64,000 bases of DNA. It comes from Podarcis cretensis. Its lineage: Eukaryota. The stretch spans positions 71,734,001 to 71,798,000 of the forward strand of contig OX638154.1 in assembly GCA_951804945.1 (NCBI GenBank). The letters are read 5' to 3'. Positions within the stretch are counted from its first letter, which is position 1, and each line of letters opens with the position of its first letter. The position numbers and the translations under genes were made by a program. Shown piece by piece: positions 11,964-24,172 of this stretch. The notes under the pieces are model-generated. The model was not told where the DNA came from, searched no databases, and saw only the letters and a program-made list of their open reading frames with translations.

Positions 11964-12854
11964 GTATGTCAGTGTACCATATTTCTTATTTCCTTACTTT
12001 GAATGTAACTTTGCAGTGGGTCAGCCAGGTTAGAAAGAAAGGCAATGTTTAAAAAAAGGAAGGCAATTCAAATGGAGATATCAACTTGTATCACATGCAC
12101 AGTTGGCTATAAGATGGCAAGGGAAAGGAAGAATAGGGAAAGCAGAAATGAAATTTTGCCTAAGCCTGCTGGTCTAGCATTACCCTCCGTCTTCAGCAGC
12201 TGAAAGTGGAATGAGTGCTGAAAAAAAGGCCTTGGGTGAACTACACATTACAAGCAGATGCATGAAACAGAGTCCAGGTGCCATTTTTTTAAATATGAAA
12301 AGCTGCTTCAGGAGCCACTCCCAGGTGGTTTTCTAGGAGAAATCCTTTCCTGACACCCCATGTGGTTTCACATTCCTGCTTTCCCCCTTGTTTTGTCAGC
12401 ACCAGTTTCCAACCTCCCCAGATGGCCTTTTATTTTGTTTTTAAGTAGCACTGGGACTCAGTTGCACATATGAATGTAGAACATGTAGTTAGCTCTGCAG
12501 TCAGACACGTAGAGAGTTAATCTTTTATCTTTGGATGTTAGAAGTTGTAATGTTTTGTTGTGATATTTCTGTACAGTAAGTATGCACACTGAGATATTTG
12601 CTCCTGCTTTTAGCTCTCTAGTGCCAAACTCTGAACAAATAGGCTTATAAACTGTATTTGGGGATTCCAGTTTAATAAGGTTTGGGGGAGGAGCCAAACA
12701 GGACAGGCAAGGCGGCTAGGAAGAACATGCAAGAGATTGAGTTCCCAAATTGACCCTTACAGCTCATTTGCTCTCTGCCATAAATACTAAACACAAAAAA
12801 ATTCTTCTGTGTTTTGTGTACAACTCCTTCTGCATTCTCTGTCTTCTCTTACAG

Positions 12855-12946
12855 CGAAGCAACACTTCTTAGCGGTATCCGACGACTTTGGCACCCTGCA
12901 TGTTTTGGAAATTTCATGGACATTAAGCCACCCTTCCCTCAATGAG
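12855..12946 (+). CDS. DNAI3: DNAI3 coding exon (S)KQHFLAVSDDFGTLHVLEISWTLSHPSLNE
   Basis: cag acceptor, gtttgt donor; 92 nt. Confidence 0.94.
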
Positions 12947-13607
12947 GTTTGTAACCTGTTCCAGAAACTTGGCTGGGGCAGGGGAGCCGCAAACAAGATT
13001 TCTTGCATGGGTTTCTAAGAGTTACATGTTGTAGTTGGCTTGGCATTGCAGGGGGGTGGACTGGATGACCCTTGGGGTCCCTTCCAACTCTATGATCTGG
13101 TGGCATCCTGTTGACTAACAGAGAAAAATGGATGTGCCATTCATTTAGACAAGGTATGATCGGAGGTGCAAACACAATGGTTTGTTGCATTTATGTAACA
13201 GTCATATCAGAAAGCCGGCAATTGTGTAGTGAGGCTGGAATGTGAGCAGAACTCAACTGGAAAACAGGCAATTACCTTGGCCAGCCACATTGGTCGGGGA
13301 AGAAGACTTAAATGCAGCCTCTGATTGGCATAACTGACAAACTTCTGGTGGCTGGATTGGGGGGGAAACTAATTACCAAGAGACTCATTCGTTCTTTTCT
13401 TAAATTACATTTTAATCCCACTATTCTTCTGAGCAGCTCAGATTAGGAAGGTACATGGTTCTCTCTCCTTCTTTTCCTCATTTTCCCACACATCTGTAAT
13501 ATGGAAACCTGGTTCGGCTCCCATGGCTGGAAAAGGGGCAACTTTGTTTTCGTTGATGGATATTTAAAATGCCTCTGTCATAACCTAAAAATGCCTTGGA
13601 ATATCAG

Positions 13608-13730
13608 CGTTCTAGTGTCCTTCATTACTTTGAGCGAGAAGTCAAACATCTGGAGTTTTCTGAAAAGCGGCGAGAATTCAGAGAAGAAGAAAGAGAGAAT
13701 ATGGAGCGTGAGAATATGATGAAGAAAACG
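13608..13730 (+). CDS. DNAI3: DNAI3 coding exon RSSVLHYFEREVKHLEFSEKRREFREEERENMERENMMKKT (coiled coil)
   Basis: cag acceptor, gtaaga donor; 123 nt. Confidence 0.92.
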
Positions 13731-14037
13731 GTAAGATTCTTTTAAAGTGACAAAAAAAGTTAGGAGTGCTAAAGTTTTGAAAAATGTGCCTATTTTTCAT
13801 GTATTCTATTTATTTTCCATTCCTTTAGTTTATAAGCAGTCGGACCCTGTGCAGTGTAGGGCAGCCAAATTTAACCACAATCATAATTTAAGGAAGGTTA
13901 GATTTCCCCATCTTCCCTTGTGCTTCTTCCTTCATTCGGACGTTACACAAAACCATGGTTTGTGATAGCCACAGTTAAGAGCACCATGGTTAGCACTAAC
14001 AGTGCTTTGTAAACTGGCTTCAATTAATGGTTGGTTC

Positions 14038-14163
14038 CAGTGCTATTTTTCTAGAAAAGGAGGTTCTGGAACTCACCATTAACACCTCCCTTGTTCTCTT
14101 ACAGTGGCAATGGTGCTTACTTGAGGTGCCAGAACTGAGTTCTGGCTGAGAAAAGAAACCCCT
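14038..14163 (-). mobile_element. Short non-autonomous DNA transposon (reverse copy of the element at 22763)
   Basis: Reverse-complement similarity to 22763-22896. Confidence 0.6.
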
Positions 14164-14761
14164 ACACAAAACATGGTTTCAGCATTAAAATAAGCAATGG
14201 TTTTGCATCGTGTCTGAACCCAGCCTCTGTGGGAAATGCTTTTGGAAGGGCATGTATTGAATGCCTTTGCCAAAACGTAATAACTATAATGTTATTACCA
14301 GAGAGCGGTGGGGATTTACTGTTATGTAGAGATAGCATTTGAATTTCTGCCTTTGTGGGCTCTGAGTTACAAATGATGGCATCTGTACATGCAGTACCTG
14401 CTGCTGCTCACCGGAACTGGTAGGGCAGAGGCCAAGAAGACTGACTCTAGCTCTGCCTACTGTCGATGACAAACAAATACTAGTGCCAACAAATACTAGT
14501 TTTGCTTCACACTCTCAAAAGGGTATCACTGAGATTGAGGAGGAATCTGTCACAGGCAGTGCAATCCCCTGGACCAGTTTTGAGGCAGGCAAGTGAGGGT
14601 TCATGGCGCATTGTCCCAATATGGGCCAGCCCCTACTGATTCCATGTCTGAGGTAGCAAATTCAGTGAAGGATACCTTTTAATACAGCATGTTTGAGCTG
14701 CTATACTGGTAAAGTGTTCTTGTTTTAGAAGCAGGGTTTGTACCCTGAATATGAACACTTA

Positions 14762-15333
14762 CCGTATTTTTCGCCCTATAGGGCGCACCAGCTCATAGGG
14801 CACACCTAGTTTTCAGGGGGGGGGGAAGTCAAGGGAAAAAATATGATCCCCCCCCCTGCAGCTCTGGGAGCAGCGGACAGGCTGCACGCAGCCTGTGCGC
14901 TACTCCAAGACCTTCTCCCTGCTTTTGCGGGAGGTGGCGGAATTCCCCCACATCCCGCCCCCCCAAAAAAGCCACATCCTGGCTTTTCGACCAGGAGGGA
15001 GAAGGGACTGAAACAGCCAGTCAGTCCCTTCTCCCTCCTCAGGGAAAAGCCCCCAAGAGTGGCACACTCTTAGAAAAGCCAGCAGAAGCCGCGCAGCCTT
15101 TAAAGAGTGCGCGGCTCCTGCGGGCTTTTCGGCCCAGCTTGTGGGGCTGCCAGCCTCAAAGAGCAAACTCTCCTGGGTTCAGCGAAAGCAACACGAAGCC
15201 TCCGGAGTGCAGGCTTTGGAGGTTTCAACTATTGCTGAAGCCAAGGAGCCTGCATTCGCCCCATAGGACGCACACACATTTCCCCATCATTTTTGGAGGG
15301 GAAAAAGTGCGTCCTATAGGGCGAAAAATATTG
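14762..15333 (-). mobile_element. Tc2/pogo-like MITE, opposite orientation, different interior
   Basis: CCGTATTTTTCGCCCTATAGG TIRs, TA duplications. Confidence 0.88.
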
Positions 15334-15583
15334 TAATAATTATTTACTAAGTGCTGGTGTCGACCTTATAAAGTCTCAGGACCTCAAAACCTTAAGAACC
15401 ACATCTCCTCTATAAACCAACCACTTATCTGATGCCCTCTATGCCCCCCCCCCATCACAGAGAGGTCTGGAGGGTGGCAACAAGAAAACAGGCTGTCTCG
15501 ACATGCTTTTCATTATGTTTTTATCATTAATGTTCTGCAATGTATTCTTAATGTTGCACACCATCCTGGGATATTCTGATAAA

Positions 15584-15920
15584 GGGTGGCGCTGTGGTCT
15601 AAACCACTGAGCCTCTTGGGCTTGCCAATTGGAAGATTGGCAGTTTGAATCCCTGCGACGGGGTGAGCTCCCGTTGCTCTGTCCCAGCTCCTGCCAACCT
15701 AGCAGTTCGAAAGCACACCAGTGCAGGTAGATAAATAGGTACCGTTGTGGCAGGAAGGTAGATGGCGCACTCTGGCACTCGCCATGGTGTTCCGTTGCAC
15801 AACATGACCCAGAAAGCAGTCTGTGGACGAACACCAGCTCCCTCGGCCTGAAAGCGAGATTAGCGCCGCAACCCCATATTCGCCTTTGACTGGACTTAAC
15901 CACCCAGGGGTCCTTTATTA
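15584..15920 (+). mobile_element. Sauria-type SINE
   Basis: gggtggcgctgtggtctaaaccac...cctgccaacctagcagttcgaaagcac...ggggtccttta. Confidence 0.88.
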
Positions 15921-15923
15921 TTA

Positions 15924-16725
15924 CCGCATTTTTCGCTCTATAGGACGCACTTTTCCCCCTCCAAAAATTAAGGGGAAATTTGTGAGCATCCTATGGAGCA
16001 AATGCAGGCTACTTGGCTTCAACGATAGCAACGCAAAGCCTCCGAAGTGCAGAGGGAGCGCTCCCTCCGCGCTCCGGGGGTTTCGCATTGCTTTCGCTGA
16101 AGCCTGGAGAGCGAGAGGGGTCTTCCTGGCTTCAGCAAAAGGAACCCGAAGCCTGTGGAGCACAGCAGGAACTCGTGCTGCACTCTGAAGGCTTCAGGGA
16201 TCTTAGAGGCTGGTGGTGGTGGAAAGCAGCGCTTCCCCCCACCGCCAGCCCCACAAGCTCGGGGTGCAGCGGGAAGGCTGCTCCCAAACCTGGTCTTTGG
16301 GGCTGGCAGTGGGGGAAACCAGCGCTTCCCCCACCGCCAGCCCCAAAGAGCAGGTCGAAAGGAACCCGGAGCCCCCGGAGCCCATCAGGAACTCCCACCA
16401 CGCTCCTGAGGCTTCGGGTTGCCTTCACTGAAGCCTGGAGAGCACCCTCTTGCTCTCCAGGCTTCCAAGGAACTCCCGCTCACCTTGACCGCACAGAACG
16501 CACCTTGTTTTAAAGGGGGAGAACAAGAAAACAAAAATCTCCCCCTCTCTGCGCAGCACCCCTTCAGTGAAGCGGCATGAGAAATGGAAGGGGCTCTGTT
16601 TCTCCTGCCGCTTCACTGAAAGGGGGGCGCTGAGCAGAGAGGGGGAGAATTCTTTTCCTTGTTCTCCCCCTCTAAAACAAGGTGTGTCCTATGGTCGCGT
16701 AGGTCCTATAGAGCGAAAAATACAG
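15924..16725 (+). mobile_element. Tc2/pogo-like MITE, long variant (802 bp)
   Basis: Same TIRs and arms as 2905-3436 with extra internal modules; TA duplications. Confidence 0.9.
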
Positions 16726-16831
16726 TATATCATCGTCTACCTAAACAGGCTATATTTTAAGGCTTTGAGAATTAACTTTCCCCCTCCAACTCAGAAAATG
16801 TATTTATAACTTACCCCCTGCTTCCTTGCAG

Positions 16832-16978
16832 AGAGCACTAGGTGGCCAGCGGTCAAGAGAACTTATGGAAGAACAGACAAATCAAGATTATACAGAGTTT
16901 TTGGATCTAGAGAAGACCATTCTGACTCGTCTTGGGGTACTGAAGGGGCCAGACAGATATGCCTCTAGGACCAACTAG
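16832..16978 (+). CDS. DNAI3: DNAI3 terminal coding exon RALGGQRSRELMEEQTNQDYTEFLDLEKTILTRLGVLKGPDRYASRTN*
   Basis: cag acceptor; TAG at 16976-16978; DYxxFLxLEKTxLxxLG matches the recalled WDR63 C-terminus. Confidence 0.92.
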   Translation, partial: RALGGQRSRELMEEQTNQDYTEFLDLEKTILTRLGVLKGPDRYASRTN

Positions 16979-17258
16979 CTGCATAAGACACCACTGTCAT
17001 ATTCAGGACAGCGTAATTTGTTGTAAGCAACATATTTAGAATGACACTGATCCAAAGACATGGGAGCACCTGAGGAGACCCTTGTGTGGTTTTGAAAATT
17101 TGCAGTGCAGGAGAGCTCCCACAAGCCAAACGGACCTGCTGCTGTACTGTTCAATTTGCAGCTTGTCTTTTTTTTTTTACTGTAGGACTGTTGAAAATGC
17201 CCCCCTCCCCAATATGGTTGTAGGTGCTGTTCCTCCATACCTCTACACTATGTATCAT

Positions 17259-17297
17259 AATAAATATACAGGTAAGCAAGTGTGTATTGACAATAAA
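17259..17297 (+). terminator. Candidate DNAI3 polyadenylation signals (AATAAA at 17259 and 17292)
   Basis: First AATAAA hexamers about 300 nt after the stop codon. Confidence 0.55.
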
Positions 17298-18379
17298 ATA
17301 ATAATTGGTTTTGCATTAATTAGAACCTGTAGCGCCTTAATGCAAATATTAAAAACAATATTTAATATTGTTAATATGTATGCCCATTAAGTGCCCTGGA
17401 ATACAGCATAATATGGAAACAGCAGCAACGCCAGGAAGCATCACAAGTAATCATTTCAGACATCTGGAAGTGCACATCAGGTTTCTTTCCAGATCTACTA
17501 CATATTCAGTCGTTATCACATAACATTCTCTGTGTATGCTAACAGCTGACCTCAGCAACACTTCAGTTTTCAAAGTGACTAAGGTTGATTTAGGCCAGAG
17601 CTTTTCCAAACTTTTCACATTGGTAACACACTTTTTAGATCTGCATCATTTCGCAACACAGTAATTCAGTTTTACTAGCAAACTGGAGGTTAAACGAATG
17701 CTGAATGAAAAAATGGGTGCTGCAACAGCCATGACTTAACGATTAACAGTAAGCAACCAGCCACACAAAAGTCAGCAGTTGCTACAGCCCCTCCACAAAC
17801 AGATCATCTCCCCATGTAGCCAAGCAAGAGGCATAATCACCATTCAAACTCACCTGCAGTCAGCTTGTTTATTTACATAGTTCTTCTGTCCAATACACAT
17901 TCTCAACATATGAACGTCAGGATGCACAAACTGCAATAGTAAAAAGATTTGAGTTGAAGGGAGCACCTTTCCCTTGACACACAAAAGCAGGTCACCGGCT
18001 GCTTGTGCTGCAGCAGGAGAGCAGCTTTCCCCCTGGAGGAGTTAAACAACAGCTTGACTATTTACCTGTGCAGCAGCTGATTAATATTAATGTCGCTCTC
18101 TTATCGGTTGGGGTGACATTTTTCATCATGCAGGGCTATGTTACCAGGTCAGGTGCCATCAGAGACCATTAGGCAGAAATGAAAGGCTTCAGAGGAGGGC
18201 AGGTTAGACTCTCAAGAGGGTGAATCCACACTTTCCACAGCCTGCTGTGGTAGCAGAGGCTCCTGTCAGACAAGCGTCCATACGGCCAGGGCAGAAAGTG
18301 GAAAGACACATGGAGACGGTTTGCAATATTCACTGCTCCTGTCTAGCTTTGATCAGTGAAAATAACAATTACCGTCGGG

Positions 18380-18690
18380 AATCATAGAGTTGGAGGAGAC
18401 CTCAAGGGTCATCTAGTCCAACCCCTGCAATGCAGGAATCTCCACTAAAGCATCCATGACAGACGGCCTTCCAGCCTCTGTTTAAAAGCCACCAATGAAA
18501 GGGAGTCCCAAACTTCCCAAGGGAGACCATTCCACTGCCAAACAGCTCTTACCCTCAGAAAGTTCTTCCTGATGTTCAGTCAGAATCTCCTTCCTTGTAA
18601 CTTGAATCCATTGGTTCGAGAAGACAAGCTTGCTCCACCTTCCATGTAAAGCCCTTTAGATATCTGAAGATGGCCATCGTACCTCCTCTG
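18380..18690 (-). mobile_element. CR1 LINE 3' fragment
   Basis: RTNGFKLQGRRF ORF2 C-terminal motif and CR1 3' end ttggactagatgacc..ccaactctatgatt. Confidence 0.88.
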
Positions 18691-21306
18691 ATTCAACAGT
18701 CCGTAGTAGATGCTAACCTGCTTGGGGCACAGGAAAGTGATAATTAGAAGAAAAGCTGGGAAGAAAACAAACAAACAAAAAGTAACAGAAGGTCTAACAG
18801 AATACAGTGGCCAAAGACCATTTTAGGTCTCCGTCCTCCTTTTCTCCCCCGTCCAAATGATCTTTCAGTCACCAACTCTTAGATCCTCTCTCACACACCT
18901 GGTAGCAGCATACCTCTGAATGCCAGTTGGGAGAGGGGAGGGCTCTTAAGCTCAGATCCTGTTTACAGGCTTCGTATAGACATCTGGGTTGGCCACCGCG
19001 AGAGCAAGACAAGGTAGCCTGTTGCTCCGATTTACCAGGGCTCTTTTTATGTTCTTACATGACCCAAACTGTATGCCTAAGGCATGGTTCCAGACAGCAC
19101 ATTCAGATATGACGAGATGATGAACAAGTAACCCCTTAAAATATGTTTACCCACCTTTCTCTTACATATGCAGGCAGGCTAAAGAACAGCAAAGGTGGAT
19201 CCCTGCCACTACCTTTTCAATAAAAACGGAAGTATTTGGGTACAGCCGCAATTATATATATATTGTGAGAAACGTGCTTCAAATGTCACACATGCATTTC
19301 GTGTACTAGACTAGCCCCCCTAAAACATTAGTGGCCTTGAACGACCAGATGTGTCCCAAGCTTATCAGATTTAGAGATTTGTGCTGCAAAAATCCAGAGG
19401 ATCTATTTTTAGACGAGAAGTTACCAGCTATTTTTAGCATAATGTAGCTATCTCTGCCGCCTGCCCACCCCCACGCCAGGGCAGAGGACTGGCTGGCTCA
19501 CCAAACACTAGTTTCCTTGAGTGTATTTTGCAAAATAAGCTACCAAGGGCCCCACAAAAATGAGCTGGAAGGTTCAGCCTAGGTGAACAAACTCGGGGCC
19601 TCCATCTGAACCATATGGTGGAGGCAGGGTTAGATCAATAAACTTGTACTTGACAATGTTCCATCTGTCAGCATTCAAATATGAAAGGTGGACAGAGACA
19701 GATGGAGGCAGATAACAAGAGGCCACAGTTCAGTAGTCTCTGTCAAATGCATCTCTCTCTATTCACGAGTAAGGAATATGGGCGGCTGCACTTAAGAACT
19801 GAAGAACAAAAATGCCTGCAAACAAAAACTCCACTATTGTTGGAATTATTGCACTGCAAAAGGCTTCCACACGAAAAAGAGAGCATTTTTAAAAAGTTAA
19901 TAAAAAGCACACGCACCCCTTAAACTGCAACTTTAAGAATGATCACATGAACCATTCATTTGCACTGTTGCATAAACCTAGACAACCCTGCTGAAGATGC
20001 CAAACACAGATTAGCTCTGCTGGCCTGTTTGCACCATGCTGACCTCAAACCCCCACCTCCCGCACTCCATGCCTGCCTGCTGCAGTAGTAAATCAGCTGG
20101 ATGGAAGGCAGGTAAACGATATGGGTTCACCAAGATATCCACTATTGGCTGACCTAGAATCTTCTCTTGAAAAACTGAAAATCCTAGGCTCGTCTGTTAG
20201 AAGATGATGTTCATCTTCTTTCCTAAAGCAAGCAAGCTGTCATCCTTGCATTTATTGTTGTTTATCTACAATCTGAATCCTAATCCTATTCTTTAGGGGG
20301 CGGGGAACTATGCCTGATTGCAATATGTACATAGAGTGGATCCTATTATATAAACGGTTACATAATATAACAAGGAACAGCTTATACAAACATATATCAC
20401 CTGTTTAGGTGGCTTGAACAATGGACAGAAAGCTGAAATTTGGTACAGGTTTGGGGCTCTTTTGCATTCACACACTTAACCAGCTACGGACTGGGGGTGG
20501 GTGGGGGACTGCACTACCAGTCAGCAATGTATTTATGCTGATAAAATGTAAGCTGTATTAACCAGGGTGGAATCCAGGCATTCCTCTGTTCTTAATAAGA
20601 GCAGAAAACATTGGCATGCATGGCACTGAAGTGAGCAAAAACCATCAAGTGGGTCATCATCACAGTTCTTAATTTCCACACATCTAATTTGTAAATCATG
20701 CTGGCACACAATCTACCTCTAAGCAGGGATGTGCTGAAGCCATTAATTTAAAACAGATTTGAAGCCATTTAATACAGGTTGCATTTCAATTTAACAAATG
20801 CATCATTAAATTGTTTCCTGACAGATGATGAATTCCCATTTGGGAGACACAAGTTTTCACATAATTTTTTTTATCATTTGTGCTTGTTGAAACAAGCACA
20901 GCTTTCTTTCAGTTCTAAAATAATGTGTATGGAAAACGTGCATCTCTCCCAAATGGCCACAAACAATTGCTACGAAGAAAACAGATATAAATACCTCTGA
21001 CATGGTGGACTTAATATTAGGCTTTCTTAAAACTAAAGTTTTTTGTTGTAATATAACAAAAACTACTGGCCAAAATGCCAAGACGACATGAAGTCTTGAA
21101 ATTTGCTAACAGAATTACATTCAGTCACTGCTCATACATTACTGAGTTCCACAGCCTGTTCTATGGATGGGAGAACAACCATGAACTTCAGCCTTGCACT
21201 CCTGAAGACGGCCAGTTTCCAGCCCCTAGAGCTATCCCCCTTCCATGCTTACCCTGAGCATGCCAGCAACAACAAAGGTGAGTTGCCTTGAACTCTCTCT
21301 TTAGGC

Positions 21307-21441
21307 CAGTGGTGAGGAACCTGTGATCGTCTAGATGTTGTCAAGACTACAATTCCCATCATCTGCAGCCAGCTTCATCAGCAGGGATGGTGGGAGCTGG
21401 AGTCCAGCAACATCTGGAAGACCACAGTTTCTGCACCCCTG
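21307..21441. mobile_element. Palindromic hAT-like MITE
   Basis: cagtggtgaggaacctgtg...ccacagtttctgcacccctg inverted ends. Confidence 0.7.
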
Positions 21442-22762
21442 CTTATAGGCAGGTGTACAGGTCAGACCCAGTGGGAAAGTGAAAGTGAATGGCAGGTGGG
21501 CACAGAAGTTCAAGGGGGGGGCAGTGAGTGCATCCCCCACCACCCTTGGAAATGGTCTGGATGAGAAGAATTTGCATGTACAATCATATGCACAATGGCC
21601 TAATTTGTGTGATTATTCCCCCTCTAACAGATATGTTGCAGCAGGGAGGTGGGGGGACGACGACAATGACAATAGAGTCCTTGTGTGCTTGTAGCTCATT
21701 AGGCCTCTGGGAAATTGATCAAATTACTCAACAACATGATGTTCTGGCTCGAGATACAATGTGGATAGAGTAGAATTTTACTCATTTTCTGTTGGGAATT
21801 TGTATGTTCAAAAGCTGTTGGAAAGCTGAACATTCTGATAGCATGTCTATGTGTGCTAAAAGGGCATTGTGATTTTCACAACGCGACAAAGTAGGCTACT
21901 TCCATTCTCATTATGCAAAGGGCAAGCATGAAAAATGCAAAGCCCATTATTGAGCTAGGATCTCTCTCTGGCTCAATTCCAGTCATCTATCCACTGAGAC
22001 ATGAAGGCTTCGTTTGTACATCCATGTTCATTGCTAGACAACTGCAACACCCGTGGCTTTCCTGCGTGAATGAGACCCAAAACTACGAAACAAGGTTTTG
22101 CTACTTATTCTGATGTACAAAAACTAAAGAGTTTTCCAGTGTTGAAGTTCTCATTTATCTAAAACTAGTCAGCGGAACAACACAAATGCAGAAGATCAGA
22201 AGCAAGCAGATCAGACAGGCAATGAGTTTTCAAAGGTAGAAATGGTAAGTTGCCTCTGGGAAGATGTTTGGGAGGAGACAATACTGTACTCCATCTCTAG
22301 CAGAGTATCCCAGAGGATCAAGATGGTAACAGAGAAGAAGGCCATAACATTAGGAGCACTTTCACACTGTAAACCTCAGTGACCAGGCAGGTCTATTATA
22401 GGAGACGCATCTTCAGCTGAACTCATTCCATAACAGCAAAACATTAAACCTGGCTTGGTAGCAAATGGCAAAAACACGTGCTATAACAATGCAACAATTC
22501 ACCCAGTGGGCTGGAAACAAATCTGTTTCTGATAAACTACCTCTGGCTGGGAAGAAATAGCACTGAAGTTGCCACTCAAATTCTTGCATGAGATTAGGCC
22601 TTCATCCTCCCTCAGTTGCTGAGCGCATTGAACGACCAGCCCTGAAAAATATGAAGGAAAACTTATATTCACAACCACAGCAAATTCTGTGTGGGCAAAT
22701 ACATTTTCAAGGTATTATGTGGAATCAGAAATGCATCCAACTTATCTTCAAATAATGGCAAC

Positions 22763-22896
22763 CAGGGCTTTTTCCAGCCGGAACTTGCTGGGATTCTGTT
22801 GCGGCACCTCTCAGGTGGGCACCATTGTCATTCTAAGAGAACGAGGAAGTTGTTCATGGTGAGTTCCTGCACCTCTTTTCCTAGAAAAATTGCACT
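22763..22896 (+). mobile_element. Short non-autonomous DNA transposon
   Basis: cagggcttttt...aaaaattgcactg termini; second copy at 14038. Confidence 0.6.
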
Positions 22897-22945
22897 GATG
22901 GCAACCTTTTACAAAATGCAACCCATTTTTAATCTTAATCCAGAT

Positions 22946-22951
22946 TTTATT
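22946..22951 (-). terminator. Candidate SYDE2 poly(A) signal (AATAAA on -)
   Basis: tttatt on + at the distal end of an AU-rich, TE-poor UTR-like block about 2.8 kb past the stop. Confidence 0.45.
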
Positions 22952-24120
22952 CAGAATTAACATTTATATTTTTAAAAATAATCCACTTCCTGTACATATA
23001 TACTTTTAAAAAAATACATCAGCTTATCAATAAATGCTTCAGGTTAAAATTTCCAAACAGTACCGTTGTTATTTAATTGCAATGACTGTATTGTGTACTG
23101 AGACACTAACGATAATAAATTAATAAAAAGGACACTGGATAAAAAGTGGAGATATTTAGGAAAAAACGTGGCAAAAAATTCGTGCACCAAATTTGTGCAT
23201 CCTATTGTAAATAAATAATAACAATAACAACAACAACAGTAGCCAGACAAAATATAGGAGGGAAACAAACAAGTTAAAATAGCATTTACACAAGGTCCAT
23301 AGGCCAAGAGAGCGGCCGCTAACATAATACAGGAGAAAAGGAAATCTTACAGTGTGTCATGAGTTTGCAAGATCCAAAGCACTATTTGAGAAACCTTTGC
23401 TGTCTTATATTTTTTAAAGCATTTCCATTTACTCATCTGCATTATTAATAATGCAGCCTTTTTTAATGAGGCAATTGGTTGTATAATTTTTATTGCTCGG
23501 GTCTTATTGCTAGACAGTGGACAGAAGTTGAGTTTTCGTATATATATTTGCATAAGACTTGCATTTGCTTTGGTTAACTACTAAGATAGCCAACATCCGA
23601 GGACAAGTTTAATAAACATTTTGTCACATTTACCCTTCTAAGGGAAGGGCTGAGGAGCTGTCAATAATATTCATTTAAGACAACTGGCAAGATAAACAGT
23701 AAATTGATAGTCTCATTTAATACTTATTTAATATTTCTGGTATGAGAGCAAATACTAAGAACTTCAAAATGCATTCAGGACCTAGATATATTATTTTAAA
23801 AAGGCACTTTCTCAATTCACATGTCAACCTTTAAAAATAGGATGGACTTTTTTTGGGAGGGGACTACAGCCATTTTAGCATCTACTAAGCTTTCAGAACA
23901 TCTAAAATATCCCACTTGAATCAATATGACTACTCTCCTCCTTTTTTAAAAAAACAGGCCATAATTCCTGATCACTGCATTTGTAGTCACAAGGACTACA
24001 GCTTCATAAACATGGTTCAGCATAGGGATCTGCACTCTTGAATTATGTTTGCTACTTGAGGCTGAACCAGAAAACATGTTCAGTCTTTAAATCCATCCCA
24101 ATTTAAGTCTCATGGAGTTT

Positions 24121-24172
24121 TGTGTGTGTTTGTGTGTGTGTGTGCGCGCGCGTGTGTGTGTGTGTGTGCGCA
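24121..24172. repeat. (TG)n(CG)n(TG)n microsatellite
   Basis: Read directly. Confidence 0.95.

Larger units (their letters stand above)
1034..16978 (+). other. DNAI3: DNAI3/WDR63 gene, 3' portion (14 coding exons; 5' exons outside window)
   Basis: Spliced exons give one continuous frame (1637 nt) matching recalled vertebrate WDR63 motifs (FWSFxDPIHPQLMLE, CAVSSIExGHK, FFVGTE, RPGVFxIGREDG, HYFEREVKHLE). Convergent with SYDE2 as in human. Confidence 0.95.

Noticed and set aside
13575-13607. Possible U12-type intron (weak polypyrimidine tract, tcataac)
   Set aside because: The upstream donor is gtttgt, not the U12 consensus GTATCCTT.
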